DNA of 64,000 nucleotides, from assembly GCA_963575745.1 (NCBI GenBank), contig CAUYUJ010000163.1, forward strand, positions 1-64,000. Direction: 5' to 3'. The notes under the pieces were generated by a model. That model was not told where the DNA came from. It searched no databases and worked only from the letters and a program-made list of their open reading frames with translations. This document shows positions 11,290 through 22,350 of this stretch, piece by piece; within the stretch, counting starts at the first letter, position 1; every line of letters starts with the position of its first letter. The position numbers were made by a program, and so were the translations under genes. The DNA is from Prorocentrum cordatum. Taxonomy: Eukaryota.

Positions 11290-12081
11290 ATGGTAGCGGT
11301 GGTGGGAAATCGGCCCATCAAGGCCACTCGGGGTGGAGCCAAAGGCCAAGAGGTCACCCCGGGGAAGGCGGGTCCGGGCGGGCCCGGCATGCTGGCCCTT
11401 GGCGACGGGGCGCACCTGCGGCTGCGGGCCCTCGAGGGCGGCGGGCGCGGCGGCGGGGGCCTGGCGCACGGCCCGAGCTGGAGCGAAGGCTCCGCGGGCA
11501 CGAGGAGCCCCAGCGAGTCCTCCTTCGACGCCGCCTCCGAGGACGACGACCGCCCGCGCCCCACCGGGGAGGTCCCGAGGGAGCCCCGCGGGCCGGGGTG
11601 GTGCGGCAGCCCGCCGCAGGCGCCGCAGCCGTGGGCCCTGCGGCGCAGCGACACTGCCGAGCTCACGCAGGAGGTGCCGGCCTTGCTGGACAGGATGAAC
11701 GAGGCGTCGAGCCGGGTCAACCGCCTGGAGAGGGAGGCGGGCGCCTCGGAGGCGCGCTACAAGAGGCGAGTCGTGCGCTACGAGGAGATCTACAGGGGGA
11801 TGCGCGCCGAGTTCGGCGGCGTCTTCGACAGGTGCAAGCCGCTGTGCGCGGCCCCCCTGGGGCACCAGGCTCTGAGAGCGCAGCTGGGCGACTCCACCGT
11901 CGAGGAGCTGGTCAGATGCTACCAGACCCTCGACCGCCACCACGACGCCTTGGCCCAGGAGCACAAGCTGATGGAGAGGCTGTCCCAGAAGCTCCGCGAC
12001 GCCAAGCGAGTGTATGCGTCGACGATGTGTGAGCTCGAGGGGATCAGCAACATGGTGCACGAGGTGCGACAGAAGCGCTGA
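11290..12081 (+). CDS. Coiled-coil protein resembling the SH3BP5/REI-1/Parcas (Rab11 GEF) domain; start uncertain (11290 or 11389)
   Basis: LLDRMNEASSRVNRLEREA..SEARYKR...FGGVFDRCKP and KLRDAKRVYASTMCELEGISNMVHEVR resemble the N- and C-terminal helices of SH3BP5 (LN.A...IN.LE ... K.KPY; AK..Y...L..LE.IS..IH..R). Strong GC3 bias; intronless. Confidence 0.6.
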   Translation: MVAVVGNRPIKATRGGAKGQEVTPGKAGPGGPGMLALGDGAHLRLRALEGGGRGGGGLAHGPSWSEGSAGTRSPSESSFDAASEDDDRPRPTGEVPREPRGPGWCGSPPQAPQPWALRRSDTAELTQEVPALLDRMNEASSRVNRLEREAGASEARYKRRVVRYEEIYRGMRAEFGGVFDRCKPLCAAPLGHQALRAQLGDSTVEELVRCYQTLDRHHDALAQEHKLMERLSQKLRDAKRVYASTMCELEGISNMVHEVRQKR

Positions 12082-12944
12082 ACCACCCTCGACCAGGCGC
12101 AGGACAAGACCCTCCTTGATAGAGGGCTCTTGTCTCGATGCGACCCTGCAGCTGCGGATTCCCAGTCAATGCTTTGGCATTCTGGCTCCGCTTTCAAGTA
12201 GCGCAAAAAGGCGTGCTTGCGTGCGGGCAGTGCAGATAAGCTCGCCTTCCCTCCGAAGCACCACGAAAGAGTGAGTGCAAGCGTCCTTCCCATGTCCTAC
12301 AACCCGCGTCCATCAAGAGACGCCTGCGTGCATTTTGCATTTGAGGGCACCCGACCGTCGATGGTGGAAGTGGCGATGATCAGGGAAGGGCGGGGGTGCA
12401 CAGAGATTGCGTCAGGTGAGGAAATGATGGGGTCGCCTCCCAGTCTGATGCTCAGAGCGCCAACGTGCGTCACCAGTGCGCTGTGCCCAACGCGGTACGC
12501 CCTAGGCTCCGGCAAGGACATATTTTTTGACGACAGGCCGTCTGGACACCTGTTTGTGGGAGTTCGAGTGAATGGGATGTGGGATGTCCGCCCTCTGCCG
12601 TGCTGGGAATCGATGGATTCTGGTGCGAGACTTCCCTGCGGTCAGATGCGATCCGATCTTGAGCCGAATGTCGGGGCAGTCCGACGTGTCCAGGAGTTCT
12701 GCCCATCAGCTGTGTCATCGCAGCGTATTGCCTCGGCTTCTGACCTCAGCTCGGACCAGCCGTCTCTATGGGATGCCAGCGAAGCTCAAGACTCTGCGGT
12801 CCAACATGGATGGGCTCGACGGGCGGTGTTGCGTGAGAACGGGTCCTAGAAGGGGTGGTGGCGGGGGAGGTGGCAGGGGTAGGAGGAGGGGGGAGGAGAA
12901 GGAGGAGGAGGAGGAGGAGGAGGAGGAGGAGGAGCAGGAGGAGG

Positions 12945-13790
12945 ACCCGTGTAAACCCAAGAGTCATCAACGATGTTGTAGTAAACCCTCCCTCCAAGCT
13001 CCCTCTTCTTAGGCTCCCACAGCGGTTCATTTCCATTGATGGAAATGCTTCGTTTGGAGGCACCCGCTTGAAGACCCTGAAGCATGCCAAAACATTGTTC
13101 TCGAACGCCACGGATCAACCTGCCTGTTGCGTCTTGACGATCTTGAATCGTGCCAGAACGCCATTCGTAGGACTTCAACACACTGAATCAACGTAATTGT
13201 TGCACCCGCATAATCCTGAGTCCTTCCAAAACAGAGCTTCTGGTACGTTGATGATGATGGGAATCCGTGGAATGGTTGATCAGTTTGTAAGCGAATGTGC
13301 GCGGCGCTAAGGCGAAAACCACATTTTGAACAGGAGCCATCCTCAATCCGTGAAACTATTGCACATGTTTAAGACGAGTGAGCGCCGCGCTAAGGCGAAA
13401 TCCACATTTTGAAATCCACTCGCCCTTAATCCGTGAAACTCTTGCAATACTTTACAACGAATGTGCGCCTTGCTAAGGCGAGAACCACAGTTTTAACCAC
13501 TCGCCCTCAATCCGTGAAGCTCTTGCGAATTTCAAAAACGAGTGTGCGGCGCGCTAAGGCGAGAGCCACATTTTGAAAATGACCCGCCCTCAATCCGTGA
13601 AACAGTTGCAATGTTTGAAACGAATGTGCGCCGCGCGAAGGCGAGAGCCACATTTTGAAAACGACCCGCATCTGTGAAACTGTTGACAATTTCTAAGCAT
13701 CAGAGCCATACATGGTGAGAAGTCTCAGGCGAAGCGCCCGGCCTGCCCTAACAACTTGCCTCGGGGTGCGACAGGGAGAAATTATTCCCA
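12945..13790. mobile_element. Dispersed repeat family E with internal ~83-bp tandem units
   Basis: Starts directly after (GGA)n with GACC.GTGTAAACCCAA. Units AATCCGTGAAAC...GCGCTAAGGCGAGAGCCACATTTTGAA. Ends GAAGTCTCAGGCGAA.CGCC...GACAGGGAGAA.TTATTC. Other copies near 44580-44936 and 49875-50430. Confidence 0.8.
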
Positions 13791-13881
13791 ACCCTCCTTG
13801 TGTTGGGTACTCGTTTTGAATAGAGCACTGTGGTATCCACCTCCCGCTCTCTCCTCCTTCTTCTCTCCTGTGTTCGCGGTG

Positions 13882-14830
13882 CCCTGCGGGGCTGCGATCT
13901 GCGCAACTGTCGCCACTTTCGTGGGTTCCTGGGAGGCCCAGCGGAGGTACGTCCTACGCAGACCACTTTGGGGCCTCCCTGTCCCCTGCGGGGCTGCGAT
14001 CTGCGCAACTGTCGTCACTTTCGTGGGTTCCTGGGAGGCCCAGCAGAGGTACGTCCTACGCAGACCATTTTGAGGCCTCCCTGTCCCCTGCGGGGCTGCG
14101 ATCTGCGCAACTGTCGCCACTTTCGTGGGTTCCTGGGAGGCCCAGCGGAGGTACGTCCTACGCAGACCACTTTGAGGCCTCCCTGTCCCCTGCGGGGCTG
14201 CGATCTGCGCAACTGTCGCCACTTTCGTGGGTTCCTGGGAGGCCCAGCGGAGGTACGTCCTACGCAGACCACTTTGAGGCCTCCTGTCCCCTGCGGGGCT
14301 GCGATCTGCGCAACTGTCGCCACTTTCGTGGGTTCCTGGGAGGCCCAGCGGAGGTGCGTCCTACGCAGACCACTTTGAGGCCTCCCTGTCCCCTGCGGGG
14401 CTGCGATCTGCGCAACTGTCGCCACTTTCGTGGGTTCCTGGGAGGCCCAGCGGAGGCACGTCCTACGCAGACCGCTTTGAAGCCTCCTTGCCCCCTTGCG
14501 GGGCTGCGATGGTACGTCCTACGCAGACCTTTTTGAGGCTTCCCTGTCCCCTGCGGGGCTGCGATCTGCGCAACTGTCGCCACTGTCGTGGGTTCCTGGG
14601 GTGCCCAGCGGAGGTACGTCTTATGCAGACCACTTTGAGGCCTCCCTGTCCCCTGCGGGGCTGCGATCTGCGCAACTGTCGTCACTTTCGTGGGTTCCTG
14701 GGAGGCCCAGCGGAGGTACGTCTTACGCAGACCACTTTGAGGTCTCCCTGTCCCCTGCGGGGCTGCGATCTGCGCAACTGTCGCCACTTTCGTGGGTTCC
14801 TGTGCCACTTTGGGGCCTCCCTGTCCCCTT
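13882..14830. repeat. Tandem array, 102-bp unit, about 9 copies
   Basis: CTGCGGGGCTGCGATCTGCGCAACTGTCG recurs at 13884, 13986, 14088 and onward; no spacers. Confidence 0.95.
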
Positions 14831-16160
14831 GGCGCACCTGGCGCGCACCTGGCGCACCTGGCGCGCACCTGGCGCGCTGGGCGCACCTGGCGCACCTGAC
14901 GCGCTGGGCGCACCTGGCGCGCACCTGGCGCATCTGACGCACCTGGCGCACCTGTCGCACCTGTCGCACCTGTCGCACCTGGCGCACCTGGCGCACCTGG
15001 CGCACTTGGCGCGCACCTGGCGCGCACCTGGCGCGCTGGGCGCACCTGGCGCACCTGGCGCGCTGGGCGCACCTGGCGCACCTGGCGCACCTGGCGCGCT
15101 TGGTGCAAATGGCGCACCTGGCGCACCTGGCGCGCACCTGGCGCACACCTGGCGCACACCTGGCACACCTGGTGCACCTGGCGCACCTGGCGCGCTGGGC
15201 GCACCTGGCGCACCTGCCACACCCAGCGCAGACCTGGCTCACTTGGCGCGCCTGCCGCACCTGGCGCACCTGGCGCACCTGGCGCGTCTGGCGCCCATGG
15301 CGCGCCTGGCTCACTTGCCGCGCCTGGCGCAATTGGCGCACCCGTCACACCTGGTGCAACTGGCGCACCTGGCGCACCTGGCGCGCACCTGGCGCACACC
15401 TGGCGCAACTGGCGCACCTGGCGCGCGCCTGGCGCGCACCTGGCGCGCACCTGGCGCGCACCTGACGCGCTGGGCGCACCTGGCGCACCTGGCGCGCTGG
15501 GAGCACCTGAAGCGCACCTGGTGCACCTGGCGCGCTGGGCGCACCTGACGCATCTGGCACACCTGACGCACCTGGCGCGCCTGGCGCGCATGGCGCAACT
15601 GGCGCGCCCGGCGCAACTGAGGCACCTGGCGCACCTGGCGCGCTTGGCGCGCACTTGGCGCGCACCTGGCGCACCTGGCGCACACCTGGCGCACACTTGG
15701 CGCACCTGGCGCACCTGGCACACCTGGCGCACCTGGCGCACCTGGCGCGATAGGCGCGATAGGCGCACCTGGCGCACACCTGGCGCACACCTGGCGCACA
15801 CCTGGCTCACTTGGCGCGCCTGGCGCACCTGGCGCACCTGGCGGGCCTGGCGCGCCTGGCGCACCTGGCGCACCTGGCGCACCTGGCGCGTCTGGCGCCA
15901 CTGGCGCACCTGGCGCACCTGGCACACCTGGTCAGCTGGCGCACCTGGCGTACCTGGCACACCTGGCGCACACCTGGCGCGCACCTGGCGCACACTTGGC
16001 GCACCTGGCGCGCCTGGCGCATCTGGCGCACCTGGCGCGCCTGGCGCGCCTGGCGCACCTGGCGCACGTGGCGCACCTGGCGCACCTGGGGCGCTGGGAG
16101 CACCTGGCGCGCACCTGGTGCAGCTGGCGCGCTGGGCGCACCTGACGCACTGGCGCGCAT
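14830..16160. repeat. Minisatellite of CACCTGGCG / CGCACCTGGCG (9-11 nt)
   Basis: Direct inspection. A remnant of the 102-bp unit resumes at about 16165-16207. Confidence 0.95.
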
Positions 16161-18535
16161 GGCCTTCTGGGAGGCTCAGCGGAGCTACGTCCTACGCAGA
16201 TCACCACTATACCATGGCGCCGAAATGTCCTTCGGTATTGAGTGGTCCTGAATGCAATTGCCACTTGTGTGTGTAGAAAGGGTTGGGTACGTCGCAGAAT
16301 ATTTTATATGGAAAAAGAGTGGAGGAGGATGAACAGAGTAAAACTAAGATGAATATTAATAATTCAAATTCGAAGACGAATCACAAGAGTCATAATACTA
16401 CTACGACGAATAGTATTACTGATATGAATAATGATAATAGTCATAATGCGAATGCTGAGAATAGTCATACGAATACTACTAATGTTAACGCTAATCGTAT
16501 GAATAATACTTGTAATCTTAATGAAAATGATAGTACGAATCATAGGAAGGATACCTCTCAGAAGAAGACAAATACGACTCAATGTAATACTAAGAGGAGG
16601 AGGAGGAGGAGGAGGAGGAGGAGGAGGAGGAGGAGGAGGAGGAGGAGGAGGAGGAGGAGGAGGAGGAGGAGGAGAGGAGGAGGAGGAGGAGGAGGAGGAG
16701 GAGGAGGAGGAGGAGGAGGAGGAGGAGGAGGAGGAGGAGGGAGGAGGAGGAGGAGGAGGAGGAGGAGGAGGAGGAGGAGGAGGAGGAGGAGGAGGAGGAG
16801 GAGGGGGGGGAAGGGAGGAAGGAAAGAGGAGGGGGTAGGGTGGATGAGGTCAGGGGACGAGGAGGAGGTGGGGAAGAGGAGGGCTGCGCCAGGAGGCGGA
16901 GGGGTTGCCGAGGAGGGGATGCGGGGGAGGAGGGAGAGAGCACTGGATACAGAGCAGCCGGCGTTGCAGTGAAAACAAAGGGGAAATGAGGCCCACGCTC
17001 TTTCATCGAGCGTGCAGGGGATCGCGCCACTCGAGTGCTGGCTCTCTTCTTCAGCAGCAACTGGTTGGGTCTTCGCTGGAGGCAAGCAGTTATGGAGCAC
17101 TCGGGGACACGATATTCTCGACCACGTGCTCTGCTGAAGGGGCTCCGGCCCACCCGCGCCGCCCTCGAGGGGCATGCCGGCCGGCGGATTCGCGCGCCCA
17201 GAAGACGCTAGCAACTTCGATCCGCAACTTCCCCCGGGGATTGTCGAGTTCGGCCTCCGCGCCCTCTCCACAATTGAATCCTATTGACACGGGATAAGAA
17301 AAAATCAGAGGGGGTTGAGGGGTGGAGGTGCATTGTTATCCGGGGCGCTGGGTTACTGTTTGTAGCACGGTGGAAAGTCAGGGCGGCGCACTCCCCATAC
17401 ACCCCGCATCAGACGCCGCGCCGTTGGCTCCGACGCGCGCGGCCTTCCGTCTCGGGGAGGGCGCCTGGGCCACCGGGGCAGGTGCCGCCTCGGGCGCGCT
17501 GGGCTTGCCGTGGGCTCCGCCGCGGTGCCAGCCTCGCCCACTTGCGGGCGCGGGGCGCAGGGCTTGCCGTGGGTCTGCCGTGGTGGCGGTGTCGTCCACT
17601 GGAGCGCGTCGGGGACAACAACCGCGCGGCGACGCGTGCGGTTGTGTTCGCTAATTTTCGGCACCTGAAGGCCCTCGCTGGGCCCTCGGGCCCCCAAGAA
17701 ACGGCTCGGGACGGAGAGCCGGTCCAGGGGGTCGGCGTCGACTGAGCAACTCGTGACGACGGAAGTCTGGGTCTCCCTCTCGCCTGGCATCGCTCGGACG
17801 TGTGCATGTTTTCCTCGGCGCGAGGCTCCTGGAGGAGCATCCTGGATCATCGAGCAAACAAAAACACGCACGAAACCGAAAACTGCACAGGGAATGGCCG
17901 TCCGAGCGACGGCAAGCTCTCTCTCCGGTCGGGGGCCGACTGGCCCGCCCCCTGGCTTGGGCGGGGTGGCTGGGCTGTCCTGTCCGGCGCACTCCTCGGG
18001 AGCCGCGCGAACAAAAAAAGATAATCCCAGAAGTGCTCGCGCCGGAAGGGCGACTGCTGGCAGCTTTTTTCGGCCTCTGAGGGCCCTGGCCGGGCCCTCG
18101 GACCGTCAACAAAAGGATTCAGGATGAAAACCGGTCTTTGGGATTACCAGCCTCGAACGTATCCCTGTCCCTAAGACCTAAGATTGACACGCCCAAAGGC
18201 GATGACAATCTTAGGGATTCGCCCTCAGAAAGTAAGGGAATCCCTAAGATTGGCATCGTGATGAGGAGGTGCCCAGCATAGGGATATGGGATATGTTCCA
18301 GGCTGGTAAGGGGAACACGTCGGGACTTCCAGGGGCCGCGCATGGAAGAGATCAGGGCGTCGCATGTCTGACTCCGTATATCCGCGGCCTCGCGGGCCGC
18401 GACCCCGTGGATGCGGAGCGTCTTCTCGCGGAGGCCCCGCGCGGGACGCACCCGTGCGCCCGCGCATTGGCGGGATCGCATGCCCTCTCCGGTCGCGGGC
18501 CGGCTGGCCACCCTGTCCACCCCTCCCCCGATCGG

Positions 18536-18750
18536 AGGCCCCCAAACGGGGTGGTGACCACACCGTGCGGTGAGTCGTTGGGAATTTTGGGTCACCGCAC
18601 TGTTTTGGGACTCGGGTTGTTCTCCGAGGATGTCTCGGGCGACAGGGGCCTCCGGGGTCCCAAGACCGTGCGGTGACGGACCGTGCGGTGAGGTCTTGGG
18701 GGATTTCGAGGTCACCGCACGGTCTGTCACCGCACCGTTTCGGGACCCCA
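18536..18750. mobile_element. TIR element (family N), single-unit form of the element hosting the 121-bp array
   Basis: GGCCCCCAAACGG.GTGGTGAC...GTCACCGCACCGTTTCGGGACC; the interior resembles one unit of the 27100-29050 array. Confidence 0.7.
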
Positions 18751-18785
18751 AACCCGAGCTTGGGTGGGCTGGTTGGCCTGGCCTC

Positions 18786-18948
18786 ACCACCCACCAGACC
18801 ACCCCAACCCAACCCGAAGGCTCAGATTTACCTTCGATTTCCAGTGGGGGGGGGTCGGGAAACATCGAAAAAACACCTGTGGAACCCTTAGCCCCCCCAA
18901 CCCGAAATTCGGGTCTTCGGGTTGGGTTGGGGTGGTCTGGTAGGTAGT
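18786..18948. mobile_element. Small TIR element
   Basis: ACCAGACCACCCCAACCCAACCCGAAG pairs with CTTCGGGTTGGGTTGGGGTGGTCTGGT. Confidence 0.65.
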
Positions 18949-19075
18949 CATTCTGGAGAACACGAATTTCCGGAGACCGCGCGGACTTCTTGGATCGGCG
19001 CTGGGCCCCCCTCCCTGGCGCGCGGAGCGCGCCAGGGGCGGCGCCAGAGACGCCGCCAAGGGGCCCCAGCAACGA

Positions 19076-19098
19076 TCCGTGGCCTTTTCTGGCTCAAG
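19076..19098 (+). other. Relict dinoflagellate spliced leader (DinoSL)
   Basis: TCCGTGGCCTTTTCTGGCTCAAG versus DinoSL DCCGTAGCCATTTTGGCTCAAG (2 substitutions, 1 insertion); ends 60 nt before ATG 19158. Confidence 0.85.
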
Positions 19099-19157
19099 GC
19101 CTTGCGCTGTGCAGCGTGGAACTGCGCCACCTTGCAGTGCAAGCCAGGCGCTGCGCT

Positions 19158-20639
19158 ATGAACAGCACCAGAGCGGGCCAGCGGCCGCCCGCGTCCAGCC
19201 GAAGCATCGTAGAGCTCTATGTTGCCCGCATGGCCTCGCAGCTCCCCGAGGACTTCGCGTTCGCGACCTTGGTGCCGTGGGAATCGCCGCACAAGCCAGA
19301 CAGGCTCGTCACGCCTGACGCTGCCCACGCGGGCCATTGGAACGCAAGGGAGATCGCGTCGTTGGTGTCTGGCTGCTCCAGCTTGCTGGTGCCGTGCACA
19401 CTCGAAACAAAGTACGAGAAGCGCATGATACAGAGTCTGTTGAAGCAAATCAAGCCGAACAGCGACCTTTGTGTTGCCCTGCTGCAGCTGCTCGAGATCC
19501 CAGGTGGCATGAACAGGGAGTACCTTGAGACGCTCATGGCACGCCACGACGTGCTCCTCGCTCTGGAAGCAGACGTGGTGATTCTCGACCCCAGCGACGA
19601 TCCAGATCGGCTGTACGCAGAACTCAATCAAGAGCGGGCGTGGCTCGAAGCACATGCCCTGCGTGGAAAGCGCATGGTCGACGAGGGTGCGGATGCGAAA
19701 GCACAGGCTGCGTTGGAGTCCCACCACGAGCTGCTGTGGGAGAGCATGCCGAAAGCTTTGATGCCCACATTCCCCCCGGTCAATCACAACCTTGTGGAGA
19801 CGGCTACCAGCGTGGGCGATTACCGGTTGAGGCAACGCTTGAGCACAGTGAGTGGCAGCGTGATCTTTGCGTGTCGGAGCGAGACTGAGGAAGTCGTCCT
19901 CAAGGTCTATAACAAGTCAGACTATGTAACTGCTGGGGACGTGGAGAACATTTATCGCGAATTGCGTTTCCTGAGGGACGAGCTCCGACACCCGCACATC
20001 GTCCAGTGCAATTGCGTGCTCCATAGCTTCTCGAGGGTGTATTTGGCCCTCCAAGTCGGGGGCAAGACGAATCTGAACCAGTACCTCCTGAACCAGCCAG
20101 GGTACCGCCTCGGCTTGCAGGATGCTGTGGCCTGCGCCGCGCAGATAGCAGGAGCGCTGGCCTTCTGCCATTCGCGGGACATCATGCACAGGCAAGTGTC
20201 TTTGGATCATGTCGTGGTAGATTGCCAGTCGGAAACGCCTTTCTGCCGCTTGGTGGACTTTTCCGCAGCGACGCGCTGCGTGGAGTCGACGCAGTCGACC
20301 ACGGTATGCGGGGGTCTGCCGTGCATCGCCCCGGAGATGGTGCTGGAGGCGTCGTACGTCGCCAAGCCGGCGGACTGCTGGAGCCTCGGGGTTGTGCTCC
20401 TCGAGGCCGTTGGGGGTCTGGGCTCGATGAGGCAGGCGGTCGGCTGGCCGGATGACGCGGAGTTGGAGCCCGCCGCCGCCAGGATTAGAAACTTCTTCTC
20501 CTGCGATGGCAGCCACGCCCGCGCGCTGGCCGTCATGGGCGGCGTGCGCAGCCGTGCGGTGCTGGCTAGGCTCTCTGGGCTCCTCGAGCCGGAGCCTGCG
20601 GCTCGGGCCGTCGCGGGTGCCCACTTTCAGGCCTGCTAG
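19158..20639 (+). CDS. Intronless Ser/Thr kinase-fold protein (CAMK/SNF1-like), predicted pseudokinase, with uncharacterised N-terminal domain; retrogene
   Basis: VVLK, RE..FL..LRHPHIV, QIAGALAFCHSRDIMHRQVSLDHV, LVDFSAA, CGGLPCIAPE, ADCWSLGVVLLE. HRD is replaced by HRQ, DFG by DFS, and there is no GxGxxG. First ATG after the relict SL. Confidence 0.88.
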   Translation: MNSTRAGQRPPASSRSIVELYVARMASQLPEDFAFATLVPWESPHKPDRLVTPDAAHAGHWNAREIASLVSGCSSLLVPCTLETKYEKRMIQSLLKQIKPNSDLCVALLQLLEIPGGMNREYLETLMARHDVLLALEADVVILDPSDDPDRLYAELNQERAWLEAHALRGKRMVDEGADAKAQAALESHHELLWESMPKALMPTFPPVNHNLVETATSVGDYRLRQRLSTVSGSVIFACRSETEEVVLKVYNKSDYVTAGDVENIYRELRFLRDELRHPHIVQCNCVLHSFSRVYLALQVGGKTNLNQYLLNQPGYRLGLQDAVACAAQIAGALAFCHSRDIMHRQVSLDHVVVDCQSETPFCRLVDFSAATRCVESTQSTTVCGGLPCIAPEMVLEASYVAKPADCWSLGVVLLEAVGGLGSMRQAVGWPDDAELEPAAARIRNFFSCDGSHARALAVMGGVRSRAVLARLSGLLEPEPAARAVAGAHFQAC

Positions 20640-21194
20640 GCCGTAGTATCGCTCGGACGTGTGCACTTTTGCTCGGCGGGGGTTCTTAAGGAGCATCCTG
20701 GATCATCCTGGGAAAAAACCACGCGCGAAACCGAGAAACAGCACAGGGAATGGACGTCCGAGCGATGGCCAGAGGCCCGGCAGTGTTCTCATCGCAGCCG
20801 CGCTGCATATTGTTTTATGTGCGTGCGCACAGTTACGCACACATGATACCCGAAGATGCTGCCCGCGGCGCGTATAGAGTTTGCTTGAGCGGGACTCTGC
20901 CTAGTTCGTCCAGCGTCCAGTCTTTTTTCGTCGTTGTCGCCTGCCCTGACAGCAGGTAGGTTATCCCCTGCTATTGCGCCCGTGTCTCCTAAGGTGAAAC
21001 TCCTTGAACTACTGAGACGACGCCAACTCCCATCATGCACCTGCCTCCTCCTCCTCCTCCTCCGCCTCCTTGTTCTTCTTTCCCTCGCTCATTCAGGTTC
21101 GTGGCATAATTTCCTCTAGCTTTCGAGACAACGCCCGCCTGCATGCGAGAAGCGTTGCAGGCCATCTGTCTTGAGTTCCACAGCAGATCGAGGT

Positions 21195-22350
21195 CGCATG
21201 AGACACCCCTAGTACTGGGAGCGGCCCACGCACGCACAGTATAAATATTATATTTGTTTTGCTGCGCGCCAGGTTCCAGCGCCACGAGAAGCTTTGCGCG
21301 CCATCTGTCGTGATGATTGTGATCTCAGAGGAGCTCTAGATTACATCAGACGCCCCAGTACTGGGAATGGCCAGCGCCCCCCATAAGAACATGTTGTGTT
21401 TGCAGCTGCGCGCCAGGTTCCAGCGCACACAGCTCCAGCACACGAAGCCATGCTTTTGGGGCTACTTAGTTTCTGCAGTTCCCTGCTTCTTGGGATACAT
21501 GTCAGGGGGGTTGTTGCAGTCAGGAAGATGCAGGAACTGCGTGACAAGTAGCTGCAGCAGCGGTATCTCGCCCTCCGTGCAACTGGTGCAGACGGGCACG
21601 AGAAGCTTTGCGCGCCATCTGTCATGATGATTGAGATCTCAGAGGAGCTCAAGATTAAATCAGACGGCCCAGCGCTGGGAATGGCCAGCGCCCCCCATTA
21701 TATAAGAACATGTTGTGTTTGCAGCTGCGCGCCAGGTTCCAGCGCACGCAGCGCCAGCACACGAAGCCATACTTTTGGGGCTACTTAGTTTCTGCAGTTC
21801 CCTGCTTCTTGGGATACATGTCAGGGGGGTTGTTGCAGTCAGGAAGATGCAGGAACTGCGTGACAACTAGCTGCTCGCCCTCCGTGCGACCGGTGAAGGC
21901 GGGCACGAGAAGCTTTGCGCGCCATCTGTCATGATGATTGAGATCTCAGAGGAGCTCAAAGTTACATCGGACGCCCCAGTACTGGGAATGGCCAGCGCCC
22001 CCCATTATATAAGAACATGTTGTGTTTGCAGCCGCGCGCCAGGTTCCAGCGCACGCAGCGCTAGCACGCGAAGCCATGCTTTTTGGGCTACTTAGTTTCT
22101 GCAGCTCCCTGCTTCTTTGGATACATGCCATTAGGGTCGCTGCTGTGAGGAAGTTGCAGGAACTGCGTGACAAGTTGCTGCAGTATCAGTATCTCGCCCT
22201 CCGTGCGACAGGTGATGACGGCCATGAGAAGCTTTGCGCGCCAGGTTCCAGCGCCACGAGAAGCTTTGCGCGCCATCTGTCATGATGATTGGGATCTCAG
22301 AGGAGATCGAGATTACACCAGACGCCCCAGTACTGGGAATGGCCCACGCC
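21195..22350. repeat. Tandem array, ~310-350-bp unit, about 3.5 diverged copies
   Basis: AGCTTTGCGCGCCATCTGTC.TGATGATTG recurs at about 21290, 21604, 21911 and 22262. Confidence 0.9.

Noticed and set aside
13882..14830. CRISPR-like array (also considered for 24660-25525, 27102-29050 and the family E units)
   Set aside because: Units are contiguous repeats with no unique spacers, there are no cas genes, and the context is eukaryotic.
14260..15993. 577-aa ORF with collagen-like GAP repeats
   Set aside because: It is a translation of a 9-11-nt minisatellite open in several frames on both strands.
16283..16592. Asn/Thr-rich ORF
   Set aside because: Degenerate AAT-type low-complexity tract running into (GGA)n.
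18990..19157. Upstream TTG-started extension of the kinase ORF
   Set aside because: It lies in a GC-rich repeat and across the relict SL; ATG 19158 is the plausible start.
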